Assembly (NCBI GenBank): GCA_963779415.1
Contig: CAVZYA010000002.1
Span: forward strand, 544,001-608,000
Length of the DNA stretch: 64,000 nt
Reading direction: 5' to 3'
Origin: an uncultured Acidobacteriota bacterium
GTDB lineage: Bacteria; Acidobacteriota; Thermoanaerobaculia; UBA5066
Position numbers and translations under genes: made by a program. The notes beneath the pieces are model-generated. The model searched no databases, was not told the DNA's origin, and worked only from the letters and a program-made list of their open reading frames with translations. Positions 39,887-50,424 of the stretch are shown here, in pieces (the stretch's first letter is position 1; every line of letters starts with the position of its first letter).

Positions 39887-41047
39887 TCAGGCTTTCGGGG
39901 ATGCCGCCGCGGCGGCTTCGCCCGTCTCCTTCGGCTCCGGGTCGGGCGTTCGCTCTCCGAGGAGAGCGGCCCAGGGGGCGAAACGGTCGAAGCGCTCGCC
40001 GACGACCTTCGCGGTGGCCGTGAGAGGGACGGCGAGGATGGCGCCGGGAACGCCCCAGAGAATCCCCCAGAAGAGGAAGGCGAGGAGAACCGCGAGCGGA
40101 TGGAGGCGGACGCGGCTCCCGACGATGAACGGCGTCAGGACGTTTCCCTCGAAGAACTGGACGCACGTATAGAAGACGAGGACCTTGAGGGGAAGCGTCC
40201 CGTCGCTTCCGGCGAGGAACGCCACGCCGAGGGCGGGCACCGTCGAGACGAAGACGCCGACGTACGGGACGAGGACGCAGAGGCCGGCGAGCGGCCCGAG
40301 GACGTACGCGTACGGGACGCGCAGGACGAGGAGTCCCGCCGTCGTGATGCAGGCCGTGATGAGGACGACGAAAAGCTCTCCGAGAACGTAGCCGCCGAGG
40401 ACGCGCGCGACTCCTTCCGCAAAGTCCGACGCGGCCCGCCCCCCCTTGAGCCGGAGGATCCGCGTGACGGCCCCGGCGTAACGCTCGCGGTCCTTCAGCA
40501 TGAAGAAGGAGAGCATCGGGACGGCCGCGGCATAGAGAAGAATCGAGAAGACCGTCCGCACCTGCAGGGCGACCTTCGAGACCGACTCGAGCGCCCCCTG
40601 TTCGAGCTTGACGGAGCGGACCGAGCGGTCGGTCTCGGGCAGAAGGAGGCGTGTCCGCTCCTCCAGCTGCGCAAAGAGCCCCTGCATCCGCGAGGTGAGG
40701 TCGCGGATCTTGGACTGGTAGGCGGGAAGGTTCGCGACGAACGCCTGGATCTGCTCGAGCGCGTTGACGATGAAGAAGACGACGAGCGCGGCGAGGACGA
40801 GGAGGACGAGGAGGACGGCGAGGGCGCGCGGGACCCGGATCCGCTCGAGGAGGGTGACGAAGGGCTGGATCGCGAGGGAGAGGAAGAGCGCGAAGAAGAA
40901 GGTGACGAAGAGGACCTTTCCGGCCCAGAGGAGGCCGACGACGGCGCCCGTCGCGAGGACGGCGAGGGCGCGCGAGCGGAAGACACCCGGGAGGCCGGGG
41001 GTGGGCCCCGAGGAAAACGTCCCGGTCGAGAAGAGGCCGCTGTCCAC
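39887..41047 (-). CDS. AI-2E family transporter
   Basis: P.VTLLER, FFMLKD, GYVLGE, VPYVG, QFFEGNVLTP..G..LHP, GAILAVP. Confidence 0.9.
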   Translation of the reverse strand: MDSGLFSTGTFSSGPTPGLPGVFRSRALAVLATGAVVGLLWAGKVLFVTFFFALFLSLAIQPFVTLLERIRVPRALAVLLVLLVLAALVVFFIVNALEQIQAFVANLPAYQSKIRDLTSRMQGLFAQLEERTRLLLPETDRSVRSVKLEQGALESVSKVALQVRTVFSILLYAAAVPMLSFFMLKDRERYAGAVTRILRLKGGRAASDFAEGVARVLGGYVLGELFVVLITACITTAGLLVLRVPYAYVLGPLAGLCVLVPYVGVFVSTVPALGVAFLAGSDGTLPLKVLVFYTCVQFFEGNVLTPFIVGSRVRLHPLAVLLAFLFWGILWGVPGAILAVPLTATAKVVGERFDRFAPWAALLGERTPDPEPKETGEAAAAASPKA

Positions 41048-41090
41048 GCCGCGCCGCCAGTGTACCGCCGCGGCGCGGCGCAGCGCGGCG

Positions 41091-42488
41091 TCAGGGGAAG
41101 GTGACCGTGACCACCGCGCGGCGGTTGCGCGTGGCGTCGGGAGCGGAGGCGCCCCCGTTCGTCGCCACGGTGATCCGGCCGGCGTCGATTCCGTGCCGCT
41201 TCACGAGATAGTCCTTGGCGGCTTCGGCGCGCGCTTTCGCGAGGGCTTCCAGGTTCCCCTTCTCCGAAGGATCGGCATATCCCGTGATCGCGCAGGTGGC
41301 CGCGAGATTGTTCTTCAGCCGGAGGGCGACGCCGTCGAGGATCGCCTTCGCGATGTTCGTGAGTCGGCTCTTCTTGGCGTCGTAGAGGATCTCGTCCGTC
41401 GTCGTGGTGACGGGCTTGGCCGCCGGTGCGGCTTCGGCCGCAGGCGCGGCGGCAGCCGCGGCTGGAGCGGCCGCGACCGGAGCCGGCGGCGGGGGCGGAA
41501 CGGGGGCCGTGGGCGTGGCTTCCGGCTGGGAAGCCTGGACGACGGGGCGGGCGGGCGCCGGCGGCTGCGGCATCCAGGCGATCTGGACGACGCCGCCGAA
41601 CGGGCTCGGGTTGCTCCCGTAGTGCGACCACTCGTCGATGTCGACCCGGAAGGCGCCGGTGAGCGTGAGCCCGGTCTCGCGGCCGAGGGCAACGCGGGCT
41701 CCGGCGAGCGCCTCGGAGTAGGCCTTCGGATTCGACTCGCCGCCGTAGAAGAAGTGCCGGTTCGCCTCCACGATCGCGCGGAGGGTCCCCGGGACGATCG
41801 GAATGTTGCCGCCGGCGCTCCAGGTCCATTCATTCGGGACCGCGGCGCCGACCAGCGTCGTGCCGTAGTAGGCGCCCGGCGTTCCGAAGTTGGCGTTGGC
41901 CTGGTAGTAGGTCCCGAGCGTGAACCAATCGTAGTTGAACGAGAAGCCGAAGCCGAAGTCCGTCCGCCCCGTCGAGAAGGAGTTCGGGTCGCCCGTGCCG
42001 CCCCCCGTCGGGAAGGCGACGTTGAGAAGCGCGGCCACCTTGAGGGGGTCGTTCGGGTTCAGGAGCCATTTCATCCCGACCTGGAACTTGTCGATCTCGT
42101 TCGTATCGAAGCCGCCCGTCCGGTCCCGCCCGTTGATGTTCCCGGACCAGGCCCGATCGTCGGCCTTGTACATCAGGGTGCCGAAGTTGAGGAACAGCTC
42201 CAGGCCCGGGGTGAGGCCGTAGCCGACGGTGATCCCGAAGCGGCCGAGCTGGTAGCGGAGCGGATCGTAGGGGAGCGGCGGGGAGCTGAGCGAAGGGCCG
42301 GCCGTGAGCGCCGAAAGGCTTCCGCTCATCCCGAGAGAAAACCGTCCCGGCGCGAGAACCTCGGCGTTCGGCGTCTCGATCAGGCCGGTTGCGCCCGAGA
42401 GAGTGGGGGCCGTCTGGGCGAAGGCTCCCGCCGAGAGGAGGAGGCACGCCGCCGTCGCGAGGAAGAGTCCGGTCCGCGTCCGTCGCAT
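41091..42488 (-). CDS. OmpA family outer-membrane protein
   Basis: Signal peptide, beta-rich N-domain, Pro/Ala linker, OmpA_C (GYAD, RAEAAKDYL..GI...RI, NRRA). Confidence 0.85.
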   Translation of the reverse strand: MRRTRTGLFLATAACLLLSAGAFAQTAPTLSGATGLIETPNAEVLAPGRFSLGMSGSLSALTAGPSLSSPPLPYDPLRYQLGRFGITVGYGLTPGLELFLNFGTLMYKADDRAWSGNINGRDRTGGFDTNEIDKFQVGMKWLLNPNDPLKVAALLNVAFPTGGGTGDPNSFSTGRTDFGFGFSFNYDWFTLGTYYQANANFGTPGAYYGTTLVGAAVPNEWTWSAGGNIPIVPGTLRAIVEANRHFFYGGESNPKAYSEALAGARVALGRETGLTLTGAFRVDIDEWSHYGSNPSPFGGVVQIAWMPQPPAPARPVVQASQPEATPTAPVPPPPPAPVAAAPAAAAAAPAAEAAPAAKPVTTTTDEILYDAKKSRLTNIAKAILDGVALRLKNNLAATCAITGYADPSEKGNLEALAKARAEAAKDYLVKRHGIDAGRITVATNGGASAPDATRNRRAVVTVTFP

Positions 42489-42643
42489 GGGTTCTCCTTT
42501 TGACCCGCCGGGTCCGGGGAGTCCGCCCCCGGGCTGCCGGCGCGAAAAGCAGATTCCTTAACCGGGGAACAGGAAGAGCCAATGGAGTTTAACGCCTCCG
42601 AGGCTCCGTCATCAAACGGAAAGCTTGAACGGCTCCCGAAAAT

Positions 42644-42686
42644 GGAGGGGGTCCGGGGGAACCGGCAGGGTGCCGGTTCCGCCCGG
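42644..42686. repeat. G-rich palindromic repeat (copy D) just downstream of the DUF4388 gene
   Basis: GGAGGGGGTCCGGG-GGAACCGGCA-GGG-TGCCGGTTCC-GCCCGG. Confidence 0.55.
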
Positions 42687-42687
42687 T

Positions 42688-43587
42688 TCATAGCAGAGGG
42701 CCCATTCGCTCGTGGAAGGTCCGGGCCACCTCGGGCCCGCGCCGGCGGCCGAGGATCGATTCGAGAGCGCGGACGAGGTCTCGCACGGCGTCGAGGCTCC
42801 GCCCGCGCTCGATCTCCGAGAGGGCGTTCCGGTAGAGACGGTCGATCTCCGCCTCGCCGGGGGCGAGGCCGAGCGACTCGGCCTCCTGCTTCACCTTTGT
42901 GCAGAGAACCTGGAGGCTGCGGCGTTCGTCCCCCCTGGCGATCTCCTTGAAGACGCCTGTATGCGTCGTGACGCTCGGAACGGGGGTGACGGGCGCTCCG
43001 GGGGGCACCGGGGGGACCGCGGCGGGGCGCGGGGGCGGAAGCGAAACCGTCGTCCGGATGATCTCCACGAGCGCGGCCGTCACGAGGCCGAAGAGGGTCT
43101 TGGCGACGTCGAACGAGGATTTCCGGAGCGCCCGCGCGATCTCGTCGATCGTGGCGCGCCCGTCGCACCGCGTGATGACGACCCATTCCTGCGGCGTCAG
43201 GGTGATCGGACCGGCGAGCCGGTCGGACGCGACGAGCCGCGGGACGGAGTCGGTGGAAGGGATCTTTTTCGAGAGGATCTTCCACTCGTCGCTCCGACGT
43301 GCCGCCTCGATCAGGAGGTTCGTGTTGGAGCGGGTGATCGTCTGCTTGTCCCCTTCCGAGCCGGGCGAGAAGAGAAACGTGCCGCTCGTCCAGAGGGCGA
43401 GCGCGTAGATCGCGTCCTCTCCCTCCACGTCGCCGACGCGGGCATGGGTGATCTGACCGTTCTGGAGGTAGACGGAGCCGTGCTCGGACGCACGTGTCAG
43501 CGAGAACATCCCCGTCTTGCCGGAGACGGCCACGAGCTGCACGATGTCGGCGAGCGGTAAATCGCTCAGAGAGCCCTGAAAGGACAT
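42688..43587 (-). CDS. DUF4388 (PatA-N-like) domain protein
   Basis: MSFQGSLSDLPLADIVQL...KTG, G.I.HA, W..G.F.F, LLIEAARRSDEW; followed by a wHTH-like segment. Confidence 0.85.
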   Translation of the reverse strand: MSFQGSLSDLPLADIVQLVAVSGKTGMFSLTRASEHGSVYLQNGQITHARVGDVEGEDAIYALALWTSGTFLFSPGSEGDKQTITRSNTNLLIEAARRSDEWKILSKKIPSTDSVPRLVASDRLAGPITLTPQEWVVITRCDGRATIDEIARALRKSSFDVAKTLFGLVTAALVEIIRTTVSLPPPRPAAVPPVPPGAPVTPVPSVTTHTGVFKEIARGDERRSLQVLCTKVKQEAESLGLAPGEAEIDRLYRNALSEIERGRSLDAVRDLVRALESILGRRRGPEVARTFHERMGPLL

Positions 43588-43624
43588 GGACCGCTGTGGA
43601 CGATAACAGCGCCCCGCGGCGCGC

Positions 43625-44155
43625 TCAACCGGCAGGGCGCCTTTTCCAGGCCGAGGCCCGGTCCGGCGGCGCGGAGGCGCGCGTCCGGGCGGACCGCGGC
43701 GCCGCGACGAAACCGTGGGCGAGGGCCGCCGCCGCGGCGTCCGCGGCGTCGAGAGGGAGCCGGCGGCCGAGGAGGGACGCGACCATCCGCCGTACCTGCT
43801 CCTTGGCGGCCGCTCCCGTCCCCGTCACGGCCCGCTTCACCTCGGCGGGCGTGATCCCGGTCGTCGGAACGCCACGGCGGGCGAGGGCGAGGAGAAGGAC
43901 CCCGCGCGCCTCGCCGAGCATGATGAGGCTCTGGGGATTCACGCCGGCGAAAACCCGCTCGACGGCGGCGGCGTCGGGAGCGAGCCGGTCGACCAGGGCG
44001 CCGAGCCCGTCATGAAGGAAAAGGAGGCGCCGTTCGAGCGGGAGGTCCGAAGGGGGGCGGAGGACGCCGGCCTCCTCGAGACGGACGGACGCTTCGAACA
44101 CCACGAGCGCCCATCCCGTCGCGCGGCTGCCGGGATCGACGCCGAGGATTCTCAC
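43625..44155 (-). CDS. ruvC: Holliday junction resolvase RuvC
   Basis: ILGVDPG..TGW, AVERVF, GEARG, EVKRAVTG.G.A.KEQV, DAADA. Confidence 0.95.
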   Translation of the reverse strand: MRILGVDPGSRATGWALVVFEASVRLEEAGVLRPPSDLPLERRLLFLHDGLGALVDRLAPDAAAVERVFAGVNPQSLIMLGEARGVLLLALARRGVPTTGITPAEVKRAVTGTGAAAKEQVRRMVASLLGRRLPLDAADAAAAALAHGFVAAPRSARTRASAPPDRASAWKRRPAG

Positions 44156-44892
44156 GCGCCGAGGTACTTGTCCTCGATGTCCCCGTTCGACCAGACCTTC
44201 TGGACGTCTTCGTGGTCCTCGACGATCTCGAGGAGCTTCAGGAGGGCCGGCCCTTTGTCCCCGACCTCGATGGTGCTCTGCGGCACCGACTGGATCTCGG
44301 CCGTCTGGACGGGGATCCCCTTCCCCTCGATCTTCGCCTTCACCGCTTCGAGGGAGGCCGGGTCGGTGAAGATCTCGAAGACGTCCGCGTCCCCGCTCTG
44401 GAAGTCCTCGGCGCCGCACTCGAGGGCCAGCTCCATGAGCGTGTCCTCCTTCGTGGCGGACTTCTCCACCGCGAGGTAGCCCTTCTTGTGGAACTGGAAG
44501 GCGACCGCACCGGCCGAGGCCATGTTGCCGCCGTACTTCGTCAGGAGGTGGCGGATCTCGGAGGTCGTCCGGTTCTTGTTGTCCGTCATCGCCTCGATCA
44601 GGAGCGCCGCCCCGCCGGGGCCGTACCCCTCGTACACGACCTCTTCATACGTGACGCCTTCGAGCTCGCCGGTGCCGCGCTTGATCGCCTTGTCGATGTT
44701 GTCGGACGGCATCGAGGCTTTCTTGGCCGCCTGGACGGCGGAGCGGAGGCGCGGGTTCGACTCGACGGTGCCGCCGCCCACCTTGGCGGACATCGTGATC
44801 TCCTTGATCAGCTTCGTGAAGAGACGCCCGCGCTTGGCGTCGGCGGCGCCCTTCTTGTGCTTGATCGTGCTCCACTTGCTGTGTCCGGACAT
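44152..44892 (-). CDS. YebC/PmpR family protein
   Basis: MSGHSKWSTIKHKK, YEGYGPGG, TDNKNRT, DVQKV; classic yebC-ruvC synteny. Confidence 0.96.
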   Translation of the reverse strand: MSGHSKWSTIKHKKGAADAKRGRLFTKLIKEITMSAKVGGGTVESNPRLRSAVQAAKKASMPSDNIDKAIKRGTGELEGVTYEEVVYEGYGPGGAALLIEAMTDNKNRTTSEIRHLLTKYGGNMASAGAVAFQFHKKGYLAVEKSATKEDTLMELALECGAEDFQSGDADVFEIFTDPASLEAVKAKIEGKGIPVQTAEIQSVPQSTIEVGDKGPALLKLLEIVEDHEDVQKVWSNGDIEDKYLGA

Positions 44893-44934
44893 GCCTCACC
44901 TCGGATGGCGTCGCCCCGGTGGACGGGTCCCGCG

Positions 44935-46284
44935 TCAGGGGGCGGGAATACTACCAGCATCGGCGAGAGGCACGGCGGCGAGCCGGGCGTCCTTCCCCCG
45001 CGCGGCGAGCCGCACCATCCGCCGGCTCCCCTGCGGGAGGGGCTTCTCGAGAGTCGCCTCGAGATAGTGGTCCGTCAGGGCGATCCCGCCGCGTAGGACG
45101 ACTGCGTCGGCCGTCGTTCCCGAGGAGAGCTCGCGGAACGTCCGCCCTTTCACCTCGCCGAGCGCCCGGAGAATGGCGGCTCGCCGGGCCGTCACGGCGG
45201 ACGGAACGGGGCGTTCCGCGTGGAGCACGGCGCCTTGCGTCCCCGCGCGCGCCGAGAAAGGGAAGACGTGGAGGCTCGCGAAGGGAAGCTCCCGGACGAG
45301 GCGGACCGTCTCCTCGAACTCGGACTCCGTCTCGCCGGGAAAGCCCGCGATCAGGTCCGTGGCGAGGTGGAGACGCGGGTTCGCATCGGCGGCGCGCGAG
45401 GCGACGCGGGAGAAGCGCGATGCCGTGATTCCGCGCCGCATCCGGCGGAGGACAGCATCGGAGCCCGACTGGAGCGGCAGGTGCAGGTGGGGAACGACGA
45501 CGCGCGAACGCGCCACGAACGAGACGAGCGCCTCCCCGGCCTCCATCGGCTCGAGCGAGGAGAGCCGGACGCGGCAGAGAGGGGGATCCTCCTCCAGCCG
45601 CGCGAGGAGGGCGAGGAGGCTCGACCCGAGGTCCTTCCCGAAATTCGCGAGGTGGACTCCCGCCAGGACGACCTCCGGGACGCCCGCTTCGCCGAGGCGG
45701 CGGATCTCGCGTTCCACGACTTCGGGAGGCGCGCTCCGCTCCGCTCCCCGGAGGGTCGGGACGATGCAGAAGGCGCAGCGCCTCGCGCAGCCGTCCTGCA
45801 CCTTGAGAAACGCGCGGGTTCTCCCGCCGTCGGGAAACGTGGCGGCGAAAACGCCCGAAGAAGCGGCCTCCGGGGCCGGGCCGCCGGACTCGAGAGGGAT
45901 CCCGGCATCGCGCTCGTCGAGAAGGCGTCTCAGATCGTGGAGACGGGCGGGCGGGACGACGAAATCGACCTCGGGAAGCCGCGAGAGCGCTTCCGGATCG
46001 CGCCGGGCGAGACAGCCGGAGACCACGAGCGTGGCGCCGGGGTGCTCGCGCCGGAGGCGGCGAAGGAACCGCCTCTGATCGCGCTCGGCACGATCCGTCA
46101 CGGCGCATCCGTGGACGACGACGACCCCCGCCTCCGGAAGAGAGACGGTCGTGCCCGGGCCGAGCACGGAGGCGGCCGCGTGCGCCTCGATCTGGCTCAC
46201 CTTGCAGCCGAACGGGACGACCGCGATTCGCCGGACGGAAGGGAGCTCCTTCTCCTTCGCGGTCGCGTCGTCCGTTGACACCAC
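44935..46284 (-). CDS. mtaB: Radical SAM methylthiotransferase (MtaB-like, MiaB/RimO family)
   Basis: GCKVSQ.E, CAVT, SGC, FLKVQDGCARRCAFC, RLSSLEP, HLPLQSG, LHVFPFS.R.GT; exact start uncertain. Confidence 0.85.
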   Translation of the reverse strand: MVSTDDATAKEKELPSVRRIAVVPFGCKVSQIEAHAAASVLGPGTTVSLPEAGVVVVHGCAVTDRAERDQRRFLRRLRREHPGATLVVSGCLARRDPEALSRLPEVDFVVPPARLHDLRRLLDERDAGIPLESGGPAPEAASSGVFAATFPDGGRTRAFLKVQDGCARRCAFCIVPTLRGAERSAPPEVVEREIRRLGEAGVPEVVLAGVHLANFGKDLGSSLLALLARLEEDPPLCRVRLSSLEPMEAGEALVSFVARSRVVVPHLHLPLQSGSDAVLRRMRRGITASRFSRVASRAADANPRLHLATDLIAGFPGETESEFEETVRLVRELPFASLHVFPFSARAGTQGAVLHAERPVPSAVTARRAAILRALGEVKGRTFRELSSGTTADAVVLRGGIALTDHYLEATLEKPLPQGSRRMVRLAARGKDARLAAVPLADAGSIPAP

Positions 46285-46357
46285 TCCCTCCCGGACGATA
46301 ATAGTTTGTTCCGGAACGAGTTGCGCCAAGGAGGGGGAGCGTCGTCTCTCGGCGGGT

Positions 46358-49302
46358 ATGAAGGTTCTCCTCATCGAGTACGAGCCGAGATACGTGGACC
46401 GCGTCCGGGCGTTCCTCACGACGCGTGGCCACGAGGTCGTGGCCTGCCGCGACGGAGACGAAGGGCTGGAGGCCTACCGGCGATCGCGGCCGGATCTCGT
46501 TCTGATCTCGTCCGTCCTCCCGAAGCTCCGGACGCCCGACGTCATCAAGGGAATGCAGGCGGCCGGGCCGACGCCCCCGATCCTCCTGATGATGTCCGGC
46601 TACAAGGGGCGCAACAAGCACGCGGACGCGCACCGCGTCGGCGCGACGAGCATCCTCGAGAAGCCGTTCGGCGACGAGGTGCTCGAGGCCGAGGTCGCCG
46701 CCGCGCTCGGACAGGGGCCGGCGCCGGGACCGGGTGCGTCGAGGCTCCGCTCGGCCGAGGCGAGCGGGCCGCTCCTTTCCGCCGACGACATCTTCTCGGA
46801 CATCGTCTCCGGAATCGAGGCTCCCGTTCCCGGCGAGGAGGTTTCGGGAAGGTCGGGGACGCGTCCCGCGATACATCCGGCGTCCGGCGCCTTCGAGACG
46901 TTGAAAGTGAACGTTGCGGAGCTCGCGGCGCAGACCGCCCCGCCCCCCGGAAAGCCGCCGGAGAAGCCCGCCGAGCGTCCGCCGGAGAAGCCGAAGATGA
47001 GCGGCTCGGCGTCGGTGGACGATCTCCTTCGCGACACGCTTTCCGGCCTCAAGATCCGTCCGCGGAGCGCCTCCACGGGGACGACGGATCCGGGGCTGCC
47101 GGTCCCCTCGGCGCCCCGCCCGGCGCCGGCGCCCGTCCGCCCGTCTTCACCGGCGCCGCCCGCGCCGGCCGTTGCACCCCGTCCGGCGGCCGCCGCGCCT
47201 CCGGAACCGGTGTCGCCTCCCGAAGCGGCCGCGACTCCACCGGTCTCCTCCGCGCCGGCTCCCCGCGCGATCCGCCCCGCCTCGGGGCCGGGCTCTTTCG
47301 GCCGATATCAGCTTCTCGAGCGGATCGCCACGGGCGGGATGGCCGACGTTTTCAAGGCGCGGATGGTCGGCGAGGAGGGCTTCGAGAAGATCGTCGCGAT
47401 CAAGCGGATCCTCCCTCATCTCGCCACGAACGAGGGCTTCATCACGATGTTCGTGGACGAGGCGAAGCTCGCGGCCCAGCTGACCCACAACAACATCATC
47501 CAGATCTACGAGCTGGGAAAGGTCGACGCATGGCACTACATCGCCATGGAGTACGTCGACGGCAAGGATCTCCGCTCGATCGTGAAGATGGGGCGCGATC
47601 GGGCCCACCCGATTCCCGTCGCGCTCACCCTGTTCATCGCGGCGCGGATCGCGAGCGCTCTCGACTATGCCCACCGGCGCGTCGCTTCCGACGGACGGGA
47701 ACTTCATCTCGTCCACCGCGACGTCTCGCCGCAGAACATCCTCATTTCGTGGGAGGGGGACATCAAACTCTGCGACTTCGGCGTCGCGAAGGCGGCGACG
47801 AAAGTCGGGACGACGATCTCCGGCGCCCTCAAGGGAAAGCTCCAGTACATGTCGCCGGAGCAGGCCTGGGGCAAGCGGATCGACCGCCGGAGCGACATCT
47901 TCTCCCTCGGCGCCGTCCTTTTCGAGATGCTCACGGGGCGCCAGCTCTTCGAAGGGGAGAACGACCTCGGGGTTCTCGACAAGGTGCGCGCGGCCGAGGT
48001 CGTCGCGCCGTCGTCGCTCGTCCCGGAGATCCCGCCGGAGATCGACGCCATCGTCCTCAAGGCGCTCGCCCAGGAGCCCCAGGACCGGTACGAGAACGCC
48101 TCCGACCTCGAGAAGGAACTCGCGTCGATCCTCTACGGGTACCAGCCCTCGCCGGGGCCGGCCGACCTCGCGATCTACCTGCACCGGCTCCTCGAGACCC
48201 CCCCGGCGGCGACGGACGAAGACATCGAGGCCGCCTTCGCCGCAGCGCAGCGGCCTCCGGAGCCCCCGCCCCGGAAGGGAAAGGGACTCGTCCGGACGAC
48301 GCGGTCGAGCGGCGAGCACCTCGCGCCGGTCCTTCCCCCGCCGCCCGAGCCGCGGCCCGCCCCGACGCCCGCATCGACGATCCGGGTGGCCGAGAGCGCC
48401 GCCGCGCTCGACGCGGGCCCGGGCTCGAAGAAGAGCCGCTCGGGTCTGATCGCCGGAATCGGCATCGCCGCGGCCCTGCTTCTCGCGGTCGGCTTCTTCG
48501 TTCTCCGCGGGCGGGGCGGAGCGACTCCCGCGGCGCCGAAAGACGCTCTCCCGTCTCCCACGGCCCCGACGATGCCGACGACGCCGGCCACCGCGGCTCC
48601 GGCGGCACCGGCTCCGGAAGCGCAGAAGATCATCGATCCGAAGCTCGTCGAGGCGGAGGCAAAACGTCTTGCCGCCGAGAGAGAGAAAGTGCGGCGCGAA
48701 GCCGAGAAGAAGCCGGGGGTACCGCCACCTCCGGCCGCTACCGCGTCCCCCGCCGTCTCCCTCGCCCCGCGCGGAGCGATCGAACCCCCGAAAGGTGCGG
48801 AGGCCGCTCCCGTCCGTCCCACCCCGCAGCCGGTCACGGCCTCCGCGCCGCCGGCCGTACGCCCGGTGCCGACGGATGCGCCGAAGCCGGTCGCGACGCC
48901 GCCGCCGCCACGACGCCGCCGCCGGTCGTGACGGCGCCGCCGCCGCCCGCCCTGGCGCCAGCGGCGGCGCCGAGCCCCATCGGCGAAGGAGACCTCGTCG
49001 GGCCGGGAGAGGACGTCGTCGATCCGAAGGTCGTCCGGATGGGCTCCTTCTCGGGGCTTCCGCCGCAGGCGGCGCAGCTCGCGCGTTCGACGCCGGACGG
49101 AACGCTCGGAACGTGCATCATCACGGCGCTCATCGACGAGACGGGAGCCGTCAAGGAGATGCGGGTCGTCAGGCCGACGGCCTACAAGTTCGCCGACGAT
49201 GCGGCGCAGAGCGCCCTTCGCGGTGCGAAAATCACGCCGGCCACGAAGGACGGCGTCAAGGTGAAGATGTGGTCCACATTCGCGGTCACGGTAAAGCCGT
49301 GA
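46358..49302 (+). CDS. Pseudo-receiver - Ser/Thr kinase - TM - TonB_C multidomain protein; -1 frameshift ~48910
   Basis: REC-like N-terminus (EKPF) with Ser at the phospho-Asp position; ATGGMA, HRDVSPQN, DFGVAK, YMSPEQ; TM GIGIAAALLLAVGFFVL; C-terminal ALIDETG.V...AA..A....PATKDGVKV. Confidence 0.85.
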
Positions 49303-49354
49303 GCCGCGGACCGCGAGGGCAGGTGCGGCGAGGAGCCGGGCCAAGGAGAGCGGG

Positions 49355-49576
49355 ATGAGCCTGACCGACGAACAGCGGAAGTTCTACGAAAACACGCTCC
49401 ACGTGACGAAGAAAGAGGTCGACGACCTCGAGGGGCTGATCCAGGAGGAGCTCTCGAAGGTGAAGGAACGCCTCGCGGAGCTGCAGAACGCCCAGAAGGC
49501 CGCCCGCCAGATGTACGCCGCGGCGTGCCTCCGGCTCGGCATCCCGAACGAGCTGGAAGAGCCGGAAGAGCCCTGA
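49355..49576 (+). CDS. Small coiled-coil hypothetical protein (73 aa)
   Basis: AGGAG RBS; heptad-like E/K/L pattern; biased codon usage. Confidence 0.8.
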   Translation: MSLTDEQRKFYENTLHVTKKEVDDLEGLIQEELSKVKERLAELQNAQKAARQMYAAACLRLGIPNELEEPEEP

Positions 49577-50424
49577 CGCGTCTCTCCGCTCCGGGTCTCC
49601 TTCTCGTCCTTCTCGCGGCGGGACCCGCGTCAGGCGCGGGTCGGCCGCCGCAGCGCATCGTGGCGCTCGCCCCCTCGGCCGCGGAGATCCTCTTCGCTCT
49701 CGGGGCCGGAGAGAAGGTCGTGGCCGTTCCCGACCTCGCCGCCGACCTCCCGGGCGCGGCGGGAAAGGTACGAATCGGCGGCTTCGTCCCCGATCTCGAG
49801 CGCGTCGTTGCGCTTTCGCCCGATCTCGTCGTCGCTTCGCGCGACGGGACGGATCGCGCCGCCTACGAGAAGCTGAAGGCGCTCGGAATCCCGATCCTCG
49901 CCACGGAAGCGCGAAGCCTCGACGGCGTCCTAGAGGACATCCGGCGCGTCGGCGAGGCGATCGGGGAGGCCGGAGCGGCGGAGCGGCTCGTGGCGGCGCT
50001 CTCGGAAAGGATCGCGGCCGCCCAGAAGCGGGCTGCCGGGCGGAAGGGGCCGCGGCCGCGCGTTCTCGTCGTCATCTGGCCCGACCCGCCGGTCGTGGCC
50101 GGGCCCGCCACGTTCATCGGAGACCTCCTCGTCCGGGCCCGGCTCGAGAACGTCGTCCCCGAAAAGGCCGGCGAATGGCCGCGCGTCTCGCACGAGACCC
50201 TGGCCGGATGGAATCCGGACGTCGTCATCCGTCCGGAGACCGCCGAGAACGAGGCCGCCTTCGCCCGCGCCTTCACCGAGGACAGCCGATGGCGGCTCGT
50301 CGGGGCCGTCCGCGACGGGCGCGTCGTCTCCGTTCCCGGAGTCCTCCTGGAAAGGCCGGGACCCCGCCTCGTCGACGCGCTCGAGCGCCTCGCGGCGATT
50401 CCGGCGGCGGGGAAGCGGCCGTGA
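49573..50424 (+). CDS. Helical-backbone metal receptor / BtuF-like substrate-binding protein (probable CTG start)
   Basis: RIVALAPSAAEILFALGAG, IGG..PDLE.V..L.PDLV, RPGPRL. Confidence 0.85.
   Translation: MTRLSAPGLLLVLLAAGPASGAGRPPQRIVALAPSAAEILFALGAGEKVVAVPDLAADLPGAAGKVRIGGFVPDLERVVALSPDLVVASRDGTDRAAYEKLKALGIPILATEARSLDGVLEDIRRVGEAIGEAGAAERLVAALSERIAAAQKRAAGRKGPRPRVLVVIWPDPPVVAGPATFIGDLLVRARLENVVPEKAGEWPRVSHETLAGWNPDVVIRPETAENEAAFARAFTEDSRWRLVGAVRDGRVVSVPGVLLERPGPRLVDALERLAAIPAAGKRP

Noticed and set aside
49303-49575. Cobalamin riboswitch before the btuFCD-like genes
   Set aside because: No intergenic space and no B12-box motif; substrate assignment (B12 vs iron chelate) remains uncertain.
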